A stretch of DNA of 12,912 bases. It comes from Escherichia coli. Lineage in GTDB: Bacteria > Pseudomonadota > Gammaproteobacteria > Enterobacterales > Enterobacteriaceae. A program made the translations under genes and the position numbers. The stretch lies in assembly GCF_003334305.1 (NCBI RefSeq), contig NZ_QOWS01000042.1. One strand, 5' to 3'. Below are positions 6,863 through 12,912 of the stretch, piece after piece (position 1 is the stretch's first letter; the number at the start of each line of letters is the position of its first letter). The notes below the pieces were generated by a model. The model saw only the letters and a list, made by a program, of their open reading frames with translations. It was not told the origin of the DNA and did not search any database.

Positions 6863-7513
6863 TCAGCGGCTGTCATTGCGCAGTCTGCGCTCCAGCTGCT
6901 GTTTGTCTTTTTTCACGCCACAGCGGGGATCGAGCTGTAACGCATGGTTGAGATGATTAAGGGCGGACGCCGGATTGCTTTCACTCAGGACAGCGCCAAT
7001 CGCTTTATGCAGACGCGCCCGTGACTGGTCCGGCATATCCAGACCGTCTGTCAGCTCCAGCGTCTGCAGCAGCGGATCGGCATCAAAGCCGGTGGCGGCA
7101 AGCATTGCGCTCTGCGCCGCGTCTGCCATTTCCTCTGCCAGCACGGTCTGCACGTTGCGGTTACCCAGCGGCATCACCCAGCCATGACGCAGGGCATGAC
7201 GCCCGATCTCCAGCGCCCCTGCATAATCTCCGGCATCAATGCGCCACAGCATCACGTACATCAGCACGTCATCCTGTTGAGCGCCTCCGGCAGCCAGAAC
7301 GCCCTCCGCCCAGGCGGCATATTTCGGCAGCAGCTCCACCTTGATTTCCGCTTTTTTGACCGTGGACTGAACGCCCTTGAGACGGCGGCGGTCTTCCGCC
7401 AGTTGCAGCAGCATCAGGTCATAGCCCGACGCGTGGCGAACACTGCCGCCCTCGCGGGCGGCCTGTTCAGCCTGAACGCGCAGGCGATGCTGCCGTGCGG
7501 GACTCAGGCTCAT
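6863..7513 (-). CDS. M: Terminase small (endonuclease) subunit, P2 gpM-like
   Basis: 216 aa starting MSLSPARQHRLRVQAEQAARE, with GAQQDDVLMYVMLWRIDAGDYAGALEIGRHAL resembling P2 gpM as recalled. ATG at 7513 is preceded by GGAG and lies 3 nt after the N stop. Confidence 0.85.
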   Translation of the reverse strand: MSLSPARQHRLRVQAEQAAREGGSVRHASGYDLMLLQLAEDRRRLKGVQSTVKKAEIKVELLPKYAAWAEGVLAAGGAQQDDVLMYVMLWRIDAGDYAGALEIGRHALRHGWVMPLGNRNVQTVLAEEMADAAQSAMLAATGFDADPLLQTLELTDGLDMPDQSRARLHKAIGAVLSESNPASALNHLNHALQLDPRCGVKKDKQQLERRLRNDSR

Positions 7514-7516
7514 GAA

Positions 7517-8575
7517 TTACGCTCCGGTTTCTGCTGCGGCGGCGCTGAAGTCACCAATCTGGATGTTTTCCACCAGTGCAGCGCAGCGATAGTCCTCAAC
7601 CACATAGGCTTCGTTAACGGATTCAAAATTTTCAATCCGGTCACGTTTCGGGTTGTCGATAACTGAACGGCGGCGGGTATCTTCCTGCCAGTAGATGGAC
7701 AGGTTATCCAGACGGGTGATCAGCAGCGCATTCGGCGGGAAGAACGGCGCACGCACCGCCTGCAGGCCACCCATGCGTTTCTGACTGATGATCATATCGG
7801 CAGCCAGTTTTTCACTGTTTTCCTGCTCTTTGTTGACCAGCGGGAAATACTTGTCAGACAGCAGTTCACGACCGCAAATCACCACCAGATCGTCATCGTC
7901 CTGGTAGACCACATCGATAAGCTCATTGACGGCATCCATCACTACGGCGTCCAGGTTGGCATATTCGCCACCTTTCCCGACTTTCACCGCGCCCGGTGTG
8001 GTTTCACCGCCCGTGGTGGTGCTGCCCATGACGTGATCCGGTGCATCCTCACGGATTTTCTGCAGCCAGCCTTTGTTCACATCCTGCAGCAGCGGGTTTT
8101 CGCTACGGTTGGAGGTTTTCGCACGCTTCACGCCGTTAAAGCCGATCATGATGCGGTCCAGTGCCTGACGTTTCACGATGGCGTTACGGATACGCACCTG
8201 GAAATCCTGAAACTTCGCCCACAGGTCCAGCTTCGCGTAGGTCAGCACCGTGTCAAAGTTGGTCTGTTCGCATTTGTATTCCACATCGACCATCAGCGTC
8301 GGATCGACAGGTTCTCGCTCTTTCGCGGTGGTATCAGTGGTTCCGGCAATGGTGCTGCCAACACCCAGCCCCAGCAACTGACCAGACTGCTCAGTCACTG
8401 GCGTGACGTTAATCAGCGTCAGGAAAGCGGCGGACTGCTGGATCTGGTCTTCCAGCGTCTGCTGCACGGACGGCTCTACGGTGAACTTGCTGGACAGTTC
8501 TTCAACTGCCACACCGTTCAGACGCGCCAGCTGCTGCAGGTAAGCGTTAAAAGCAAAGCGGGTATTCTTCTTCAT
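7517..8575 (-). CDS. N: Major capsid protein, P2 gpN-like
   Basis: 352 aa in the position between O and M, the same size class as P2 gpN (~357 aa); ATG at 8575..8573. Confidence 0.9.
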   Translation of the reverse strand: MKKNTRFAFNAYLQQLARLNGVAVEELSSKFTVEPSVQQTLEDQIQQSAAFLTLINVTPVTEQSGQLLGLGVGSTIAGTTDTTAKEREPVDPTLMVDVEYKCEQTNFDTVLTYAKLDLWAKFQDFQVRIRNAIVKRQALDRIMIGFNGVKRAKTSNRSENPLLQDVNKGWLQKIREDAPDHVMGSTTTGGETTPGAVKVGKGGEYANLDAVVMDAVNELIDVVYQDDDDLVVICGRELLSDKYFPLVNKEQENSEKLAADMIISQKRMGGLQAVRAPFFPPNALLITRLDNLSIYWQEDTRRRSVIDNPKRDRIENFESVNEAYVVEDYRCAALVENIQIGDFSAAAAETGA

Positions 8576-8591
8576 CGGGTTTTGTGCTCCA

Positions 8592-9425
8592 TCAGCAATT
8601 GGTCAGAGTGTCAGCGGGGGCGTTACCGCCTGTTGCACGCTGGCGGTAGTCCTGGCGGCTGTCTTCATGACTCAGCTTATTCACCAGTTCGTTAAAGGCG
8701 GTCTGCTGTGCCTGCAGGGCAGTCTCCAGCTCAGACAGACGTTCTTCCTGCTCAGACAGGGATTTTTCGGTGCGTGCGCTCAGGTTTTGCTGCTCAGTGG
8801 CGACCAGCTCCACGGCCTTATGCACATCAGAGAACCGGGCATCGTCGGACTGCTCTTTTTTGGTAAACAGCGCCGTGACACGGGCAAACAGGGACGGTTT
8901 GTCCTCCTGGATTTCTTCCAGTTCGATCACTGTTTCCTCTGCGGCGGTAAAGAGATTGGCGGGATTCTGCTTGCGGTTTGCCAGCGGGTTATGGGCTGCA
9001 CTGGCGCTGAATGTCAGCATTTCCGTACCCAAACTGGCAGGGTCATCAGTGGCAGCCAGGCCGACCAGGTAGGCTTTGCCCGTATCAGCGAACTTCGGGC
9101 TGACTTCCATAGAGGTGAATAATTTCTGGCCTTTTTTCACCAATTCCACCAGGGACTCCGTTGGCTCAACGTCGGCATACAGCGCCATCTTGCCTGCCAG
9201 CGGGCCTTCCGTGATTTCTTCAGCAAACAGCGCCGTCACCTTGCCGTAACGGTTAAAGGTGCTGTCCGGGAGATAAGACTTGATGTGCTCAAGGTTAATC
9301 AGCGCGGTATACACCGCCGGGTTGTAGCTGGCTGCCATCTGTTCCAGCCATTCACGCTGGATTTCGCGTCCGTCGGTGGTGGCACCTTCCACCCCGATGC
9401 GAAAACGCTTTGCTTTCACTGTCAT
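8592..9425 (-). CDS. O: Capsid scaffolding protein, P2 gpO-like
   Basis: 277 aa starting MTVKAKRFRIGVEGATTDGREIQREWLEQMAASYNP, the same size class as P2 gpO (~284 aa); ATG at 9425..9423 is preceded by GGAG. Confidence 0.9.
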   Translation of the reverse strand: MTVKAKRFRIGVEGATTDGREIQREWLEQMAASYNPAVYTALINLEHIKSYLPDSTFNRYGKVTALFAEEITEGPLAGKMALYADVEPTESLVELVKKGQKLFTSMEVSPKFADTGKAYLVGLAATDDPASLGTEMLTFSASAAHNPLANRKQNPANLFTAAEETVIELEEIQEDKPSLFARVTALFTKKEQSDDARFSDVHKAVELVATEQQNLSARTEKSLSEQEERLSELETALQAQQTAFNELVNKLSHEDSRQDYRQRATGGNAPADTLTNC

Positions 9426-9502
9426 GAGCCGTGCTCCGTTAGAAATAACTTACTGGAGCCTTATGGTTGCGGTGATGGGGGCAGTGAAACAATGCGCGGT
9501 AT

Positions 9503-9520
9503 TTGTACCGACAACCACAC
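9503..9520. promoter_or_regulatory. Candidate late-promoter activator site (TGT-N12-ACA) in the O/P divergent intergenic region
   Basis: TGTACCGACAACCACACA is the only TGT-N12-ACA match in the 142-bp region between the O start (9425) and the P start (9568), where the P2 divergent late promoters for P and O are expected. Confidence 0.45.
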
Positions 9521-9567
9521 AAACCGCAGGCGGGGAAAGCCTTCATTCAAGGCTGTAGGTTTGTGCC

Positions 9568-11334
9568 ATGAACACCACACTGACACCCGCAGATCTCGAT
9601 CCCCGTCGGCAGGCCATGCTGCTGTACTTTCAGGGATACCGCGTAGCCCGCATTGCTGAAATGCTGGGCGAGAAAGTTGCAACCGTTCACAGCTGGAAGA
9701 AACGCGACAAGTGGGGTGACTATGGGCCGCTGGATCAGATGCAGCTCACCACCGCCGCACGTTACTGCCAGCTCATTATGAAGGAGCACAAAGAAGGGAA
9801 AGATTTCAAAGAAATTGACCTGCTGGCGCGCCAGTCGGAGCGCCACGCGCGGATCGGCAAGTTTAACAATGGCGGCAACGAAGCCGACTTAAACCCTAAC
9901 GTCGCCAACCGCAACAAAGGCCCGCGCCGTCAGCCGGAAAAGAATGTTTTCACCGATGAACAGATAGAGAAACTGGAAGAAATCTTCCATTCCTCCATGT
10001 TCAACTACCAGCGCCACTGGTGGGAAGCCGGAAAAACCAACCGCATCCGCAACCTGCTGAAGTCACGCCAGATCGGCGCGACCTTTTACTTTGCCCGTGA
10101 AGCCCTGATTGACGCCCTGCTTACCGGACGTAACCAGATTTTCCTTTCTGCCAGTAAGGCACAGGCTCACGTCTTTAAGCAGTACATCATCGACTTCGCC
10201 AAAGAAGTCGAGGTGGAGCTGAAAGGCGATCCGATGGTGCTTCCTAACGGGGCCACGCTTTACTTCCTCGGCACCAATGCCCGCACGGCGCAGAGTTACC
10301 ACGGCAACCTGTATCTGGATGAATATTTCTGGATACCGAAATTCCAGGAGTTGCGCAAAGTGGCTTCCGGTATGGCTATTCACAAGAAATGGCGACAAAC
10401 CTATTTTTCCACGCCATCCAGCCTGACCCACAGTGCTTATCCGTTCTGGTCCGGTGCGCTGTTCAACCGTGGACGCAACAAAGCTGACAAGGTGGACATC
10501 GACCTGTCCCACAGCAATCTGGCCCCCGGCCTGCTGTGCGCAGACGGGCAATACCGCCAGATAGTCACCGTGGAAGATGCGGTGCGCGGCGGCTGTAACC
10601 TGTTCGACCTCGACCAGCTGCGCATGGAGTACAGCCCGGACGAATACCAGAACCTGCTGATGTGCGAGTTCGTGGACGATCTCGCGTCCGTGTTCCCGCT
10701 CAGCGAACTGCAGGCGTGCATGGTGGACAGCTGGGAAGTCTGGACCGACTTTCATGCACTGGCCCTGCGCCCGTTTGGCTGGCGCGAAGTGTGGATCGGT
10801 TATGACCCGGCAAAAGGTACGCAGAACGGCGACAGTGCCGGATGCGTGGTGGTGGCTCCGCCAGCCGTGCCGGGTGGTAAGTTCCGCATTCTTGAGCGTC
10901 ACCAGTGGCGCGGGATGGACTTCCGCGCCCAGGCTGACGCCATCAAAAAACTGACCGAACAGTATAACGTGACCTATATCGGTATCGACTCGACCGGCGT
11001 CGGTCACGGGGTTTACGAGAACGTGAAAGCGTTTTTTCCTGCTGTCCGGGAGTTTGTCTATAACCCCAACGTTAAAAACGCCCTGGTACTCAAGGCCTAC
11101 GACATTATCAGCCACCGCCGTCTGGAGTTTGACGCCGGGCACACCGACATTGCGCAGTCATTTATGGCAATCCGTCGCGCTACCACTGCCAGTGGCAACC
11201 GCCCGACCTATGAAGCCAGCCGCAGCGAAGAAGCCAGCCATGCCGATCTGGCCTGGGCAACAATGCACGCACTGTTTAACGAACCGCTGCAGGGCGAGTC
11301 CGCCAATACCAGCAATATTGTGGAGATTTTTTGA
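9568..11334 (+). CDS. P: Terminase large (ATPase) subunit, P2 gpP-like
   Basis: 588 aa (P2 gpP is ~590) starting MNTTLTPADLDPRRQAMLLYFQGYRVARIAEMLGEK. It diverges from O and is followed by Q with a TGATG stop/start overlap. Confidence 0.9.
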   Translation: MNTTLTPADLDPRRQAMLLYFQGYRVARIAEMLGEKVATVHSWKKRDKWGDYGPLDQMQLTTAARYCQLIMKEHKEGKDFKEIDLLARQSERHARIGKFNNGGNEADLNPNVANRNKGPRRQPEKNVFTDEQIEKLEEIFHSSMFNYQRHWWEAGKTNRIRNLLKSRQIGATFYFAREALIDALLTGRNQIFLSASKAQAHVFKQYIIDFAKEVEVELKGDPMVLPNGATLYFLGTNARTAQSYHGNLYLDEYFWIPKFQELRKVASGMAIHKKWRQTYFSTPSSLTHSAYPFWSGALFNRGRNKADKVDIDLSHSNLAPGLLCADGQYRQIVTVEDAVRGGCNLFDLDQLRMEYSPDEYQNLLMCEFVDDLASVFPLSELQACMVDSWEVWTDFHALALRPFGWREVWIGYDPAKGTQNGDSAGCVVVAPPAVPGGKFRILERHQWRGMDFRAQADAIKKLTEQYNVTYIGIDSTGVGHGVYENVKAFFPAVREFVYNPNVKNALVLKAYDIISHRRLEFDAGHTDIAQSFMAIRRATTASGNRPTYEASRSEEASHADLAWATMHALFNEPLQGESANTSNIVEIF

Positions 11335-12368
11335 TGGGAAAGAGTAAGAAGAACCGCGCTGCGTCGACGAAACAGATCCAGCATAAAAGCCAGACTTCAG
11401 CCGAAGCATTCAGCTTCGGTGATCCCGTTCCTGTTCTGGACCGCCGCGAACTGCTGGACTATGTGGAATGCGTACAGATGGATCGTTGGTACGAGCCGCC
11501 TGTGAGTTTCGACGGACTGGCGCGAACCTTCCGCGCCGCCGTGCATCACAGCTCACCGATTGCAGTGAAGTGCAACATTCTGACCAGCACCTACATCCCT
11601 CACCCGCTGCTCAGCCAGCAGGCTTTTTCGCGTTTTGTACAGGACTATCTGGTTTTTGGTAACGCCTACCTGGAGAAACGCACAAACCGCTTCGGTGAAG
11701 TTATCGCCCTTGAGCCTGCACTGGCAAAATACACCCGACGCGGGTTAGACCTTGATACCTACTGGTTTGTGCAATACGGCATGACTACGCAGCCGTATCA
11801 GTTCACGAAAGGCAACATTTTTCATCTGATGGAACCGGACATCAACCAGGAGATCTACGGCCTGCCTGGTTATCTTTCTGCCATTCCGTCAGCTCTGCTC
11901 AACGAGTCCGCCACGCTGTTCCGCCGCAAGTATTACATTAACGGCAGTCATGCAGGCTTCATCATGTACATGACCGATGCAGCGCAGAACCAGGAGGATG
12001 TGAACAACCTCCGCAACGCGATGAAAAGCGCCAAAGGTCCTGGTAACTTCCGTAACCTGTTTATGTACTCGCCTAACGGTAAAAAGGACGGGCTTCAGAT
12101 TATCCCGTTGTCAGAAGTGGCGGCGAAGGATGAGTTCCTGAATATCAAGAACGTGAGCCGGGACGACATGATGGCGGCGCATCGTGTGCCGCCACAAATG
12201 ATGGGGATAATGCCTAATAATGTCGGGGGGTTTGGGGATGTGGAGAAGGCCAGTCGCGTATTTGTACGTAATGAATTAACGCCCTTGCAAAAAAGGCTAC
12301 AAGAGCTGAACGACTGGCTGGGCGAAGAAGTGATTAAATTTACGCCCTATATTCTTTCAGAAGAATAA
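11334..12368 (+). CDS. Q: Portal protein, P2 gpQ-like
   Basis: ATG at 11334 (the ORF-track TTG at 11331 is one codon upstream) gives 344 aa, the length recalled for P2 gpQ, starting MGKSKKNRAASTKQ. Its start overlaps the P stop. Confidence 0.9.
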   Translation: MGKSKKNRAASTKQIQHKSQTSAEAFSFGDPVPVLDRRELLDYVECVQMDRWYEPPVSFDGLARTFRAAVHHSSPIAVKCNILTSTYIPHPLLSQQAFSRFVQDYLVFGNAYLEKRTNRFGEVIALEPALAKYTRRGLDLDTYWFVQYGMTTQPYQFTKGNIFHLMEPDINQEIYGLPGYLSAIPSALLNESATLFRRKYYINGSHAGFIMYMTDAAQNQEDVNNLRNAMKSAKGPGNFRNLFMYSPNGKKDGLQIIPLSEVAAKDEFLNIKNVSRDDMMAAHRVPPQMMGIMPNNVGGFGDVEKASRVFVRNELTPLQKRLQELNDWLGEEVIKFTPYILSEE

Positions 12369-12376
12369 TTCCGAAC

Positions 12377-12727
12377 TTATTTGTTTCTTCTTTGTTCACG
12401 CCTTGTCTTGGCTTCGATAAGGCGTTGAGGTTCAGTGTAAAGCCGTTCTAAAAAAAGATAGGTAAAATCTTCAAGATCCTCAGCAGCAGCTTTATCCAAA
12501 ATACCTTCATGCGCTCCATCATTTCCGTCATCTTTAACGCATTCAGCTAGTTCCCTTAAAGCTTCAGGCAGTAGATGATTATCAAATAACCACTCCATTC
12601 TTAACCCTAGGCTTCTCCTTATTTTTTGCGCAGGCCCTTGCTCCCCATCAGGAAGAAGTCCTTTTGTGGCATAATCAAGGCAAAGCCTAAACATGGTTGC
12701 TGCTGCATTATAACAACCTATAGCCAA
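12377..12727 (-). CDS. Hypothetical small acidic protein in low-GC cargo next to the portal gene; possibly HEPN/DUF4145-like (speculative)
   Basis: 116-codon ORF in ~40-45% GC DNA, convergent with Q (stops 8 bp apart). The TTG at 12727 is preceded by GAGGAAGGGG with an 8-nt spacer; the first ATG is at 12694. No homologue recognised with confidence; the motif GNDGAHEG and a helical, acidic composition are the only hints. Confidence 0.5.
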   Translation of the reverse strand: MAIGCYNAAATMFRLCLDYATKGLLPDGEQGPAQKIRRSLGLRMEWLFDNHLLPEALRELAECVKDDGNDGAHEGILDKAAAEDLEDFTYLFLERLYTEPQRLIEAKTRREQRRNK

Positions 12728-12865
12728 ACATTTCGCCCCTTCCTCATATGCACTATTGATATGCTCAGGTAAGAACTCTGGTGGCTCCTCTACTGCTAAG
12801 TCTGCCGGTGATATAGGCCTAACAACCTCTGCAACTGATCCTACCCACGTAATATGGACACAGGC

Positions 12866-12912
12866 CTAAGCGAGGTTCTTGTTTTCAAATTGTTCCGGAC
12901 TGAGGCCGCCAC
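12866..12912 (-). CDS. 3' end of a further minus-strand gene that continues beyond the window end (product unknown)
   Basis: The same minus frame is open from the window edge to a TAG at 12868..12866, reading ...GGLSPEQFENKNLA*. Only 15 codons are visible, so the evidence is weak. Confidence 0.25.
   Translation of the reverse strand, partial: GGLSPEQFENKNLA

Noticed and set aside
6324-8695. Plus-strand ORFs antisense to L, M, N and O (e.g. 6324..6635, 6499..6951, 7184..7666, 8033..8695, 8667..9122) and the minus-strand ORF 6410..6625 inside L in another frame
   Set aside because: Spurious alternative-frame or antisense ORFs within strongly supported capsid and terminase genes.
9547-11409. 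Minus-strand ORFs 10063..11142 (359 aa), 10437..10721, 9547..9846, 11158..11409, and plus-strand ORFs 10754..10954, 11054..11347
   Set aside because: Antisense or out-of-frame with respect to the terminase gene P, which matches P2 gpP over its full length; long antisense ORFs are expected at this GC content.
11468-11662. Plus-strand ORF 11468..11662 (64 aa) inside Q
   Set aside because: Alternative frame within the portal gene; no support.
1-12912. Checks for tRNA, rRNA, CRISPR arrays, IS elements, integrase or attachment sites
   Set aside because: No cloverleaf-like or rRNA-like sequence, no regularly spaced direct repeats, and no terminal inverted repeats or transposase-like ORFs were seen; the integrase and att ends of a P2-like prophage would lie outside this window.

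Overview
This window is almost entirely the late (morphogenesis and lysis) region of a P2-like (Peduovirus-type) prophage, with gene order colinear with phage P2. On the minus strand, read from high to low coordinate: O (scaffold), N (major capsid), M (small terminase), L (head completion), X, Y (holin), K (endolysin), lysA, lysB with embedded lysC, R, S, then V, W, J, I and the 5' part of H (tail fibre, running off the window start). On the plus strand, diverging from O, are P (large terminase) and Q (portal). Calls rest on my own translation and recalled similarity to P2 proteins; no database search was run. Many junctions show translational coupling. Two TGT-N12-ACA dyads, the known activator-site consensus of P2 late promoters, sit upstream of V and in the O/P divergent region. 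The only non-P2 content starts 8 bp after the Q stop at about 12369. There GC drops from roughly 57% to roughly 40-45% (hand-counted on sample lines) and a convergent minus-strand ORF of 116 codons appears, preceded by the 3' end of a further minus-strand gene that continues beyond the window. This is the position of the P2 old/tin accessory locus, which is known to carry variable anti-phage cargo. It is the best candidate for something new here, but only its edge is visible and no function can be assigned from sequence alone. No tRNA, rRNA, CRISPR array or IS element was recognised.
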